Of a stretch of DNA of 64,000 bases, positions 1-10,039 are shown one piece after another (positions within the stretch are counted from its first letter, which is position 1; each line of letters opens with the position of its first letter). The translations under genes were made by a program, and so were the position numbers. Origin of the DNA: an uncultured Spirochaetota bacterium (lineage in GTDB: Bacteria; Spirochaetota; UBA4802; UBA5550). The stretch covers positions 689,474-753,473 of the forward strand of contig CAWHAA010000005.1 of the NCBI GenBank assembly GCA_963827275.1. Direction: 5' to 3'. Below the pieces are notes generated by a model. That model saw only the letters and a program-made list of their open reading frames with translations. It was not told where the DNA came from and did not search any database.

Positions 1-23
1 TTATTCTAAAACGGAAAAGATAT

Positions 24-851
24 ATGAAAAAATCGATGCAATACTATGAAGATAATTACGAAGATTATTTTAATGGTTGGTCAAAAGATCACATCCATTA
101 TGGATTCTGGTTTGATGATACCGGGTCCCATGAAGAATCACTTGAGAACCATACCCGAGAAGTGATAAAGCATTTGAATATCCAACCGGGAAACCGTGTT
201 TTAGATGCAGGGTGCGGCTCAGGTGGTTCCAGCAGATATATTGTTGAAAACTTTGCGGTAGAAACTGTTGGGGTAATGCTCTCGCCGACACTCCTCAAGG
301 CGGCCACTGAATTGTCAAAAAACCTCCCGAACAGTCACATGCTGAGGTTTTATAATCAAGATTACACAAATTCTGACTTTCAAGATGCATCTTTTGACCG
401 CATATTTTCGATTGAAAGCGTATGCCAGGAACCGGCAAAAGATAAATTTATTTCAGAAGCATACCGCCTGCTGCGTCCTCAAGGCCGTCTGGTGGTCGCC
501 GATTTCTTTCTTCTTCGAAACAACTTGAATGAAAAAGAATTACGCAGTTACCGGGAATGGTGCAATGGATGGTTCATTCCCGATCTTGCAACAACGGATG
601 AATTCCGTGAAATGCTTACACGGCAGGGGTTTGTAAATATTGAATATCATGACAAGACAAATCTCCTGAAAAAAAGCGGCAAAATGATGCATGATGCGGC
701 AAAAGAACGACTCCCGGAAGTATATCTTCAGTATAATCGCGGAAATCTGCCGCAATCCAGGCTTGCGCATGTCATTGCCACATACCGGCAATGGGAATGC
801 ATCGAGTGGAAAATATGGTGCTTTGGCATGTTTGTGGCGGATAAATTATAA
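24..851 (+). CDS. Class I SAM-dependent methyltransferase (tocopherol/sterol methyltransferase-like)
   Basis: HIHYGFW, motif I VLDAGCGSGG, FDRIFSIES, LRPQGRLVVADF; AT-richer than downstream genes. Confidence 0.85.
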   Translation: MKKSMQYYEDNYEDYFNGWSKDHIHYGFWFDDTGSHEESLENHTREVIKHLNIQPGNRVLDAGCGSGGSSRYIVENFAVETVGVMLSPTLLKAATELSKNLPNSHMLRFYNQDYTNSDFQDASFDRIFSIESVCQEPAKDKFISEAYRLLRPQGRLVVADFFLLRNNLNEKELRSYREWCNGWFIPDLATTDEFREMLTRQGFVNIEYHDKTNLLKKSGKMMHDAAKERLPEVYLQYNRGNLPQSRLAHVIATYRQWECIEWKIWCFGMFVADKL

Positions 852-970
852 CTCTTCCGCTTAGTTTCTGACAAGACAGAGTCAACTCTAATAACACGAT
901 TTTAGCTTGACGATGCTGCTGGCATCTATATGCTCCTATTGATAATCGCTGATCTTTTTCAACAGCAATC

Positions 971-1951
971 ATGAGTATTAAAACACAAATCTTCCAAACA
1001 TGCTCGTCCATTAGATTCGACACCGTGCCGATAGTCGATACCGACATGTATCGCAGCCTGAACGAACAGCTTATGCTGTTATGCCGCTCCCTTCCCCGGA
1101 GCATGCAGGCGGAGGCAATGATGTTCCTGATGGAATATTTCCGGCTCCAGGTGGGGGAGCCCCTCGACTTCTTCAGGCACTATTACGCGCCCGCCTGGTC
1201 CGCGTTATACTGGATTGCGGGAGCTCCCCGCTCCGCCGCGGGCTTTTCCGATACTGACCTGGATGCCGCGCTCTGCGGCCAGGCCATGGCCATGCTGCTC
1301 CATTCCCTTGACGACCATCTGGTGGACGGGGGCATCCCCGTGTCGCACCTCGCGCTCCTGGTGCGGTCGCAAGCATGGCGCCGCATGAGCGGGGCCACTG
1401 ACCGCTTCTGCGCCGGCCTCGCGGGCGGGAGCGACATCGCCGCGGCCCTCATCGACAATTATTACAGCGGCATAACAGAGCGCGATGCGCCGTCATCGCT
1501 CGACGCCTACTGCGACCTCTTTCGCCGGCAGATGGCCACCTGGGTGGTCATGCCGGTCCTGGCCGCGCTGAAGACCGGCGGCGATGACGCGTTCGTCGCG
1601 GGGGTGCGGAGCGCGTACGAGTCCTTCGGCATCGCCTGGCGGCTCCTCGACGACCTCCAGGACCTGGAATCGGACATGGCTGACGGCACCAGGAGCGCCG
1701 TGTATGTCTGCATGGACGACAACGGCCGCCGCCTGTGGGACTCGGTCAGAGCGGGCGGAAAGCGATCAGCGGGCACAACAGCGGACAGGCTATGCGCGCA
1801 GATACAGGGCGCATCAATCACTGAAACAATCGCCCGCCGGATTGTGGGCGAGCTCGACAATGCCTCGTCCATTGCCGACCGGCTGGAACTGCCCGGCCTC
1901 GCCGGTGAATTCAGGGCCCTCGCAGGGCCGATAGCTGAACGGCAGGCCTGA
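971..1951 (+). CDS. Class I isoprenoid-biosynthesis-fold enzyme (prenyltransferase/terpene synthase-like)
   Basis: Two Asp-rich motifs HSLDDHLVD and FGIAWRLLDDLQD; start may be ATG at 1046. Confidence 0.7.
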   Translation: MSIKTQIFQTCSSIRFDTVPIVDTDMYRSLNEQLMLLCRSLPRSMQAEAMMFLMEYFRLQVGEPLDFFRHYYAPAWSALYWIAGAPRSAAGFSDTDLDAALCGQAMAMLLHSLDDHLVDGGIPVSHLALLVRSQAWRRMSGATDRFCAGLAGGSDIAAALIDNYYSGITERDAPSSLDAYCDLFRRQMATWVVMPVLAALKTGGDDAFVAGVRSAYESFGIAWRLLDDLQDLESDMADGTRSAVYVCMDDNGRRLWDSVRAGGKRSAGTTADRLCAQIQGASITETIARRIVGELDNASSIADRLELPGLAGEFRALAGPIAERQA

Positions 1952-1952
1952 C

Positions 1953-3002
1953 ATGAACAGCGGGATACCGGACGCCATACGCGAGGCCATAGAGCATGAC
2001 CTTCTCGGCATCGAGGTGACCACGCGGTGCAACAGCGCGTGCTCCCACTGCTTCGCCCGCGCCGGCAGGACCGGCGCGCGTGAGCTTTCCGCCGATACGG
2101 TCGCGGCGATCGCCGCCGAGGGATGGCAGCTCGGGTACCGCGCCCTGCACCTCACCGGCGGAGAGCCGCTCCTCTGGGGGCCGCCCGGAGGCTGCATCGA
2201 GCGCGTGCTCGAACTCGGGTACGAGCGGGTCTTCATCAACACCAACGGCACCCTCCTCACCGGGGAGAAGGCCCGGGCCCTGGCCGGGTTCGGGGGGCGG
2301 ATCACGATCTCCATCAGCCTGCAGGGACCGGAGGAGCTGCACGACTCCGTGCGGGGCCGCGGCTCATTCCGCGCGGCAATCGCGGGTCTTGAACAGGCAC
2401 TGGCTGCCGGGCTCACCGTGAGTATTTTCACCTCAGTGGGGAAACGCCTTGTCCCGCAGCTCCCCCGTTTCGCTGAATTCCTGTTCAGGGAGTACCCCGG
2501 GATACAGGACCTCACCCTCATACAGCTTATCCGCGTGCCCGGCGACGCCATCGACCTGTCCGGAGAGCTCCTTGCGCCCGGGGACTTCATCGCCATGGTG
2601 CGCGCGGCGGCCCTGCTGAACCTGTATGGCTGCCGCGTGAACGTGCTCCAGAACCCCCTCGCGGTGGCCGTGTCCCGGGCCATGGGCATGCCCTGGCTCG
2701 CGCCCGCGCCCCACCTGCACCGGGGCGGCGGCGTCATCGTCATGGCGGACCTGAGCATCACCCTTGCCCATTCCACGCGGGAATCGTTCGGCGCCTATGC
2801 GCCGGGCATGCTGGGCACGGTGCTTGCCTCACCGGAGTACCTGGAAGCGGTTGCGCCTGACGACAATGCCTGCGCCGGGTGCGGGTTTCTGGCCATTTGC
2901 AGGGAAAACGGCATGCTCCAGCCATCGGAGTGGTTCAGAAGCATGGGGTCAGAGTACTTTTGCCGGGAGGTGCTCGCTCTTGCCGGTTCGGGGTCAGAGT
3001 AA
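1953..3002 (+). CDS. Radical SAM protein with Cys-containing C-terminal (SPASM/twitch-like) domain
   Basis: CNSACSHC (CX3CX2C), LTGGEPLL, INTNGTLL, HDSVRG, C-terminal CAGCGFLAIC...FC; starts 1 nt after upstream stop. Confidence 0.88.
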   Translation: MNSGIPDAIREAIEHDLLGIEVTTRCNSACSHCFARAGRTGARELSADTVAAIAAEGWQLGYRALHLTGGEPLLWGPPGGCIERVLELGYERVFINTNGTLLTGEKARALAGFGGRITISISLQGPEELHDSVRGRGSFRAAIAGLEQALAAGLTVSIFTSVGKRLVPQLPRFAEFLFREYPGIQDLTLIQLIRVPGDAIDLSGELLAPGDFIAMVRAAALLNLYGCRVNVLQNPLAVAVSRAMGMPWLAPAPHLHRGGGVIVMADLSITLAHSTRESFGAYAPGMLGTVLASPEYLEAVAPDDNACAGCGFLAICRENGMLQPSEWFRSMGSEYFCREVLALAGSGSE

Positions 3003-3140
3003 AAGGGGCTGTCTACCGATAACTATCGGCCGTGAAGTGGGGGGTCAGAGCAAGCCGGTTACCGATAACTATCGGCCTCCCGGGGGGTCAGAGTAAATCC
3101 ACTACCGATAACTATCGGTCCTCCACGGGGGTCAGAGTAA
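2945..3140. repeat. Tandem array of GGGGTCAGAG(T/C)A blocks alternating with TACCGATAACTATCGG palindromes (REP/BIME-like)
   Basis: GGGGTCAGAG at 2945, 2990, 3041, 3084, 3128; CCGATA-AC-TATCGG at 3016, 3062, 3105; variable linkers. Confidence 0.9.
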
Positions 3141-3142
3141 GG

Positions 3143-3610
3143 CTACTGCATCTTCAGGTGCCTGATCACTTCCTCGATATCGGGGATTTCAGGGATTTCG
3201 TAGACCCTGATCCAGTCGATCTTCCCGTCCTCATCAACAAGTATATTCGCCCTGCCGGATATCCCCGCCTTTTCAATGAAAAGGCCGTATTTCTTCGCCA
3301 TGTCCCCGTGCGGCCAGAAGTCGGAGAGGATGTCGGTGTTTTCCAGCTCGAGGTACTCGGACCATTCCTTCTTGCAGGGCACGCTGTCGACGCTGATACC
3401 CAGCGCCACGGTATTGAGCTTTTCGAGGTCGGCGTGTTTCGCTTCAAGGCTCCGCATCTGTATCTCGCACACCGACGTCCACGCCAGGGGATGAAACGAG
3501 ATGAGCAGCTTCTTCCCCTTAAAAGACGATAATGATATCTCCTGCCCGTACTGGTTTTTCAGCGTAAAATCAGGGGCCGCATCGCCAACCTTTAATTGTA
3601 TCTCTCTCAT
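3143..3610 (-). CDS. Peroxiredoxin (AhpC/TSA family, AhpE-like)
   Basis: VGDAAPDFTL, FHPLAWTSVC peroxidatic motif, LSDFWPHG; GGAGG RBS before ATG at 3610. Confidence 0.9.
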   Translation of the reverse strand: MREIQLKVGDAAPDFTLKNQYGQEISLSSFKGKKLLISFHPLAWTSVCEIQMRSLEAKHADLEKLNTVALGISVDSVPCKKEWSEYLELENTDILSDFWPHGDMAKKYGLFIEKAGISGRANILVDEDGKIDWIRVYEIPEIPDIEEVIRHLKMQ

Positions 3611-3785
3611 AAGCTGCCTCCATAGTATGACAAATATAACAGATATTGTATAAAACATACAGAAAATTTGGTAAAGCGGCAAGAACTAATTAGAATTTAA
3701 TTAAATTATAAAATTAACGGGATGCCGTTCCTGCCGGTGAAGTGACGGTGCGAGTGCCCAAATCTTCATGGCCCAAGTATAATTG

Positions 3786-3817
3786 TTGACACGATGACAT
3801 GTATGTCATTTTATACT
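3786..3817 (+). promoter_or_regulatory. Palindromic candidate operator in the promoter region of the FGGY-lyase operon
   Basis: ATGACAT-GT-ATGTCAT inverted repeat at 3794-3809 between TTGACA (3786) and TATACT (3812); the 20-bp spacing is non-ideal. Confidence 0.55.
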
Positions 3818-3881
3818 TAATCGGGCCGGGCGTATCACACTCACCGCATCACCATTCCCCGCCGGCACAACAGGGGGCGCT

Positions 3882-5474
3882 ATGTCGAACGGCAGACAGA
3901 AATATATCCTCGCTATCGACCTGGGCACGTCAGGTCCAAAATCAGTCATCGTGTCAACCGACGGCGAAGTGGTCGACTCCGAGTTTCAGGAGGTCCACCT
4001 GCACATGTTCCCCGGGGGCGGGGCGGAGCAGGACCCGGATGAATGGTGGAGCACCATCATGGCCACGGCAAAAACAGTGCTGGCGCGCAGCAGGATCGCT
4101 CCCGGCGACATCGCGGCGGTATCCTGCACCACGCAATGGTCCGGCACGGTGGCGGTGGATGAAAACGGCCATCACCTCATGAACGCCATCATCTGGCTGG
4201 ACACCCGCGGCCACCAGGAAACACGAAAGGTAGTGAAAGGAATCGTCAATATAGAAGGGATGGGGCTGCTCAAGGCAACCAGATGGGTGTGGCTCACGGG
4301 CGGCATCCCCAGCCCTGCGGGCAAGGACCCCTTCTGTCACATCCTCTACATCCGGAACGAGCACCCGGACATATACCGGAAGACCTATAAGTTCCTGGAG
4401 CCGAAGGACTACATCAACCTTCGCTTCACCGGGAAGTTCTTCGCCTCGTATGACTCCATCGCCCTCCACTGGGTCACGAACAACCGGAACATCAACAACG
4501 TCTTCTACGGGAAAAAGCTGATCAAGTGGTCGACCATCGACCCCGCCAAGCTCCCTGACCTGAAGCGGGCGGTTGATATCTGCGGACCCATCAGGCCGGA
4601 GATCGCAGACGAGCTGGGTCTCCCCCGGGGCCTGCCGGTGGTCATGGGGTGCCCCGACATCCACTCCGCCGCCATCGGCTCCGGCGCGGTAAAGGACTTC
4701 GAGGGCCATATCTATATCGGCACGTCATCCTGGATCATCTGCCACGTGCCCTTCAAAAAGACGGACATCTTCCATAATTTCGCCTCGCTCCCCTCGGCCC
4801 TGCCCGGAAGGTACCTGGTCTCGAACGAACAGGAGACTGCCGGAAAGTGCCTCATGTATTTAAGAGACAACCTTCTCTATTGCAAGGACGGGCTTTCCGG
4901 CGCAGCCGCACCGGATGACATTTACCGGAGATTCGACGCCGTCGTCGCAGACGCCCCCGCAGGGAGCAACAAGATGATATTCACCCCCTGGCTTTTCGGC
5001 GAGCGCACTCCGGCGGAGAACGAATCGGTGCGGGGAGCCTTCCTGAACCTTTCCCTCGACACCAACAGGGCCTGCATGATACGGTCCGTGTACGAGGGCG
5101 TGGCCTTCAACAACCGCTGGCTCATGGGCTTCATAGAAAAATTCAACCGGAGGAAGTTTCCGTACCTCAACTTTATCGGCGGCGGCGCGAACTCCGACGT
5201 CTGGAGCCAGATACTGGCGGACGTGCTCGACCGCAAGATCAGGCAGGTAAAGGACCCCATCGTCGCCAACGCACGGGGCGCCGCCTTCCTCGCCTCCATC
5301 GCGCTCGGGTACCTGACCATCGACCAGGTGTCGGAGCGGATAGCGATCAAAAAAGAATACGAGCCGAACCCTGAAAACAGGAAGGTTTACGACGAGCTCT
5401 TCGGGGAATTCGTGAATTTCTATCATACGGTAAAAAAGATATACCGGCGGCTGAACAAAAGGGATGATCAATAA
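3882..5474 (+). CDS. FGGY-family carbohydrate kinase (xylulokinase-like)
   Basis: [57 protein letters not shown]. Confidence 0.9.
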   Translation: MSNGRQKYILAIDLGTSGPKSVIVSTDGEVVDSEFQEVHLHMFPGGGAEQDPDEWWSTIMATAKTVLARSRIAPGDIAAVSCTTQWSGTVAVDENGHHLMNAIIWLDTRGHQETRKVVKGIVNIEGMGLLKATRWVWLTGGIPSPAGKDPFCHILYIRNEHPDIYRKTYKFLEPKDYINLRFTGKFFASYDSIALHWVTNNRNINNVFYGKKLIKWSTIDPAKLPDLKRAVDICGPIRPEIADELGLPRGLPVVMGCPDIHSAAIGSGAVKDFEGHIYIGTSSWIICHVPFKKTDIFHNFASLPSALPGRYLVSNEQETAGKCLMYLRDNLLYCKDGLSGAAAPDDIYRRFDAVVADAPAGSNKMIFTPWLFGERTPAENESVRGAFLNLSLDTNRACMIRSVYEGVAFNNRWLMGFIEKFNRRKFPYLNFIGGGANSDVWSQILADVLDRKIRQVKDPIVANARGAAFLASIALGYLTIDQVSERIAIKKEYEPNPENRKVYDELFGEFVNFYHTVKKIYRRLNKRDDQ

Positions 5475-5488
5475 AACGGAGCGTTCAC

Positions 5489-7000
5489 ATGGACATCAAC
5501 ACGATCGAACAATATTTAAAGCGCTTTGATCCGCGCATCGTCGCGTTCGCGCTGAAGATAATAAAGAAGGTCCCGTATTTCAGACTCATGATCAAGCGGA
5601 TGGTGGCGAAAGAGGCCGCCGGGATAATGGAGGAGCTGGAGGGCTCGCTCAAGCCTTACCGGGGCGCCTACCCCGCCTATGCCGCCCTGCCGTCAACGGG
5701 ACGGCCCCGCACGGAGATACTCAGGCTGATGGAACAGCTGAAAAAACGCGAGGAGGGCAAGTGGGAGAAGGGCTTCGTGTCAGGCGCGGTGTACCACGGC
5801 GACCGGGACCACATCGAGTTTCTGAACCGCGTTTACGCGGTGAATTCCCAGAGCAACCCGCTCCACTCCGACGTGTGGCCCAGCATCGCCAAGTACGAGG
5901 CGGAGATCGTCTCCATGACCGCCGCCATGCTGGGCGCCGGCGACGCCGGCATCTGCGGCACGGTCACCTCGGGCGGCACCGAGAGCATCCTGCTCGCCAT
6001 GAAAGCCTACCGTGACCGCGCCCGGGCGGAGCGGGGCATCCGCCGGCCGGAGATGATCGTGCCGGTGACGGTCCACGCCGCCTTCGACAAGGCGGCCCAG
6101 TACTTCAACATAAAAATGGTAAAGGTGCCGGTGGACGGCATGCTCAGGGCCGACGTGGGCGCCGTGCGGAAGGCGATCACCCGCCGCACCATCGTGATCG
6201 TCGGCTCCGCGCCCTCGTTCCCGCACGGCATGGTGGACCCGATCGAGGAGCTTTCCGGGCTGGCCCTGGAAAAAGGCATCGGCTTCCACACCGACGCGTG
6301 CCTGGGCGGCTTTATCCTTCCCTGGCTCGCGAAGCTCGGCCGCACGGTCCCCGCCTTCGATTTCCGCCTCCCGGGCGTGACCTCGATCTCGGCCGACACC
6401 CACAAGTACGGGTACGCGGCCAAGGGGACCTCGGTGGTGCTCTACCGCGACCCGGAGCTCCGCCACTACCAGTTCTACAAGACGACCGAATGGCCCGGCG
6501 GCCTCTACTTCTCCCCTACCTTCGCCGGGAGCAGGCCCGGGGCCCTCTCCGCATCCTGCTGGGCCGCGATGGTGTCGCTGGGCGAAAAGGGCTACACCGA
6601 CGCGGCGCGCCGCATCATCACGACCGCGGACAAAATAAAGGAGGGCGTCGCGGCAATCCCGGGGCTCCGCATCATGGGAGACCCGCTCTGGGTCATCGCC
6701 TTCGCCTCCGATGAATTCAACATCTACCGCGTCATGGACTTCATGGCGCACCGGGGCTGGAGCCTGAACGGGCTCCACAAACCTTCGTGCGTGCACCTCT
6801 GCGTCACCCTGCGCCACACCAGGCCCGGCGTTGCCGGCCGTTTTATCAAGGACCTGAAAGCCGGGGTGGAGTACGTGAAAAAAAATCCGGGTGAAAAGGG
6901 GTCCATGGCGCCGGTGTACGGCCTGGCGGCGACCTTCCCGGACCGCGCCGCCGTGTCGGACATCTTGGATGCATACCTGGACACGCTGTATAAAGTATGA
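5489..7000 (+). CDS. Sphingosine-1-phosphate lyase-like PLP-dependent enzyme
   Basis: [45 protein letters not shown] (PLP Lys), WPGGLY, GSRPG. Confidence 0.88.
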   Translation: MDINTIEQYLKRFDPRIVAFALKIIKKVPYFRLMIKRMVAKEAAGIMEELEGSLKPYRGAYPAYAALPSTGRPRTEILRLMEQLKKREEGKWEKGFVSGAVYHGDRDHIEFLNRVYAVNSQSNPLHSDVWPSIAKYEAEIVSMTAAMLGAGDAGICGTVTSGGTESILLAMKAYRDRARAERGIRRPEMIVPVTVHAAFDKAAQYFNIKMVKVPVDGMLRADVGAVRKAITRRTIVIVGSAPSFPHGMVDPIEELSGLALEKGIGFHTDACLGGFILPWLAKLGRTVPAFDFRLPGVTSISADTHKYGYAAKGTSVVLYRDPELRHYQFYKTTEWPGGLYFSPTFAGSRPGALSASCWAAMVSLGEKGYTDAARRIITTADKIKEGVAAIPGLRIMGDPLWVIAFASDEFNIYRVMDFMAHRGWSLNGLHKPSCVHLCVTLRHTRPGVAGRFIKDLKAGVEYVKKNPGEKGSMAPVYGLAATFPDRAAVSDILDAYLDTLYKV

Positions 7001-7190
7001 CCGGGCTGATCAGGATGCCTCCTGATCAGCATGAAACAAGTCCGGATCATATTTTAACAATTAAATATTTCTTGCTAAATACTGCGCCGTTTTTTTACAT
7101 ACCAAACCGGCACTGGATCGGACTGACGGATATGACCCCGGAAGCCCCGTATCCATGCCATCCAGACAGAAGAACAGCGAGGATAATATC

Positions 7191-8264
7191 ATGAAGATCG
7201 GCATCATGGGCCTGCCGCAGTCAGGCAGGCGTACGGTATATGCGCTTCTCACCGGCGGCGACGGCACGCCGGCGCACGCTGACGGCAAAGAGCAGGTGGT
7301 GGGCATCGCGCCGGTGCTCGACCCGCGCTTTGACGACCTGGTTTCGCGCTACCACCCGAAGAAGGAGACGCGCGCGCGGATCACCGTAGAGCTCATCCCC
7401 TCCCTGGAGGAAAACGCGGTGAAGGAAGGCGCAATCTTCAGGGACATCGCCGGCACGGACGCGCTCTGCCTGGTGGCGCGGGACTTCAAAGACGACAGTG
7501 TGTACCACGCACGGGGGAGCGTTGACGCCCTCCGCGACATCGACTCGGTGATGTCGGAGCTCGTGCTCCACGACCTCATCCTGATAGAGAAACGCCTCGA
7601 GAGGATCGCCGAGGCGAAGAAGCGGGGCAAGGACGACCAGGGGCAGAAGGAGGAGCCGCTCTTCATCAAAATGCGCGAGCATTTAGAGAATGACCTCCCC
7701 CTCCGCGTCATGGAGATTTCCCCTGAAGAGAGAAAGCTCCTGACCGGCTACTCCTTCATCACCATGAAGGAGATGATCGTCGCCCTGAACGCGGGCGAGT
7801 CGGCCATAGCGGACACGGCGCTGGCGAAAAAGGCGGAGGAGAAGTACCGCGGCAGGGCCGTCACCTTCGTGCGGCTCTCGGCGCGCCTGGAGGCGGAGAT
7901 CGCGGCGCTCGACTCCGATGAGGACCGGGCCGCGTTCATGAAGGAGGCGGGCATCGCCGAACCGGCGCTCGCCCTGCTGACCAGGACCCTCATGGCGTCG
8001 CTGGGGCTGATCTCGTTCTTCACGGTGGGCGAGGACGAGGTGCGCCAGTGGATGATACGGCGCGGGTCGAGCGCCCCCGAGGCCGCGGGCGCGATCCACA
8101 GCGACATCCAGCGCGGCTTCATCCGCGCGGAGGTGCTGAAATACGACGACCTGTGCGCCCTCGGCTCGGAGGATGCGGTGAAGAAGGCGGGCAGGCAGCA
8201 CGTCATGGGAAAAGAGTACATCGTCGAGGACGGCGACATCATCAACTTCAGGTTCAACGTATAG
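7191..8264 (+). CDS. ychF: YchF-family ATPase (divergent P-loop)
   Basis: KIGIMGLPQSG N-terminus; C-terminal FFTVGEDEVRQW, AAGAIHSDIQRGFIRAEV, YIVEDGDIINFRFNV. Confidence 0.85.
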   Translation: MKIGIMGLPQSGRRTVYALLTGGDGTPAHADGKEQVVGIAPVLDPRFDDLVSRYHPKKETRARITVELIPSLEENAVKEGAIFRDIAGTDALCLVARDFKDDSVYHARGSVDALRDIDSVMSELVLHDLILIEKRLERIAEAKKRGKDDQGQKEEPLFIKMREHLENDLPLRVMEISPEERKLLTGYSFITMKEMIVALNAGESAIADTALAKKAEEKYRGRAVTFVRLSARLEAEIAALDSDEDRAAFMKEAGIAEPALALLTRTLMASLGLISFFTVGEDEVRQWMIRRGSSAPEAAGAIHSDIQRGFIRAEVLKYDDLCALGSEDAVKKAGRQHVMGKEYIVEDGDIINFRFNV

Positions 8265-8279
8265 AGACGGCGCTCCGGG

Positions 8280-8904
8280 CTAATCGCAGCGCGTGAACAC
8301 CAGGTCCGCGCTCGCCGTGCCGCCCTCTTTGAACGCGCACTTCAGCGAGAGGCTCCCTTCGACCAGCGCGGATTTCGTTTACCAGCATGCCGGTCCGAGA
8401 CACCGAGAGCTTGAACTTCTCGCACTGGGACGGCACAATCTCCACGACCCTGCATTTTTCATAATCGGGCGGCTCGCAGCTCCCCGGCACCTCCACCTTG
8501 ACGATCTTGCCGCGCACCGCGTCCTCGATCACCAGGATGGCGCCGTCCTGCTCTCCCTTGCCCAGGAGCGCCGCGCCGAAAAAGCTCATGCGCTGGCCGG
8601 AGCGGCACTGCGCGGGCGTGAAGGTGAAGTCCCCGAGCGGCGCGCCTGCCGCGGTGAAGGACCCTTCTATGGACGAACATCCCTTGAAGCCGAACATGTA
8701 CACCGCCCCGGCCACCAGCGCCACATTCGCGAGGGCGATGACACCGACCATTCCCTTCTTCTTCTGTTTCATCGGGCCGGCCGGCCCTCCCGCCGCAGCA
8801 GGCACCGGTCCGGTCACCGGTACCGCGGCAAGGTCCTTGCCGCACATCCGGCAGAAGCGGTCGGTATCATCGGCCTTTGCCCCGCAATTCGGACAATATC
8901 CCAT
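8280..8904 (-). CDS. Zinc-ribbon-domain membrane protein (one apparent frameshift near 8370)
   Basis: YCPNCG...FCRMCG, one TM helix; alternative frame continues LVEGSLSLKCAFKEGGTASADLVFTRCD to TAG at 8280. Confidence 0.65.
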
Positions 8905-8941
8905 ATCCCACCCCCTTGTTGATCAACATGTTATTAACGCC

Positions 8942-9301
8942 TCATGCCTGCGGCGTGTCGCTCTTTTCTTCCCGCTTCTCGTCCTTCTTCTCTTCTTTAT
9001 CCTTGTAACAGTACCTGCACCCGTGTATCAGGATCTTCTTCTTCCCGTTCTCCTCGGTCTCGGACGCGTACAGGGCCTCGTATTTCGAGAGCTCCTTGCC
9101 GCACAGGGGGCAGAGCCTGGTCCCCGGCGCGCGCTTCACGCTGAAATAATCGATCCGCTCCGGATTAACGGACGGCTCCGGCGGCTTCTTTCCCGCGCGC
9201 AGCTCCTTCAGCTTCTCCTTCCCCGTCTGGAACGAGGAGTAAAGATAGATGAACACCGTGGCGCCGATCAGCAGCCCTATGAGGTAAAGGATTTCCGACA
9301 T
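8942..9301 (-). CDS. Hypothetical membrane-anchored protein with two CxxC pairs
   Basis: N-terminal TM MSEILYLIGLLIG, CPLC and CRYC; start overlaps upstream stop. Confidence 0.7.
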   Translation of the reverse strand: MSEILYLIGLLIGATVFIYLYSSFQTGKEKLKELRAGKKPPEPSVNPERIDYFSVKRAPGTRLCPLCGKELSKYEALYASETEENGKKKILIHGCRYCYKDKEEKKDEKREEKSDTPQA

Positions 9302-10023
9302 CAGGCCCTCTCGGTTATGAAATTTATCATGATGGTATCGTCCCGCGGCGGGCCGAAGGTGTAGTCGCCGCACACGTCCCGCACGGCGAGCCCCGCATCG
9401 GCGAGGAGCCCGCGGATCTCGTCCGCGGAGTAGATCCGCTGCACATGCTCCTCCTCGGAGACCGCGCCGCCGCGGTCAAGGCGCAGTGTCGAGGTGATCA
9501 GCTTCGTTTCGGCATCATAGCGGTTGCCCCACTCGATGGAGCCGTTCCGTATCCTGCTCTTCGTGGTCTTCCCGTCGAAGTTGCGGTAGATGTTGTGCTC
9601 CGTGGTGATATCGAACATGAAAACGCTCTCCCCGTGCATGGCGTCCCGCACGCAGCGGAACATGTTAACAATATCGGAATATTCAAGCAGATAATTCACG
9701 GTGTCGTGCACCGAAAAGATGAAATCGACCGGCGCCGCCAGGCGAAACGTGGTGATATCGGCGCAGAAGATCCGGAAGTTCATGAACGCCCGCTCCTTCG
9801 CGACGCGGAGCATGTCGAGCGACCGGTCAACGCCGTACACGGTGTAGCCGTCGCCCGAGAATTTCGCGCCGAAGCGTCCGGTGCCGCACCCGAGCTCAAG
9901 TATGCTCCCGCGGCGCGGCGCGTGGCGCTCCATCACGGCGAGGAGGTACTCGTACCACTCCTGGTAATCGACATGGCGCAGGATGGTGTCGTAGTACGGC
10001 GCTATGACGCTGTAGGGTTCCAT
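9301..10023 (-). CDS. Class I SAM-dependent methyltransferase
   Basis: APYYD, ILELGCGTG, VDRSLDML, DTVNYL, EEHVQRIY. Confidence 0.88.
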   Translation of the reverse strand: MEPYSVIAPYYDTILRHVDYQEWYEYLLAVMERHAPRRGSILELGCGTGRFGAKFSGDGYTVYGVDRSLDMLRVAKERAFMNFRIFCADITTFRLAAPVDFIFSVHDTVNYLLEYSDIVNMFRCVRDAMHGESVFMFDITTEHNIYRNFDGKTTKSRIRNGSIEWGNRYDAETKLITSTLRLDRGGAVSEEEHVQRIYSADEIRGLLADAGLAVRDVCGDYTFGPPRDDTIMINFITERA

Positions 10024-10039
10024 GCCGCCCGTGGTCCCG

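Noticed and set aside
2945-3140. CRISPR array
   Set aside because: Variable segments are only about 6-15 bp, two different constant blocks alternate, and no cas genes are in the window
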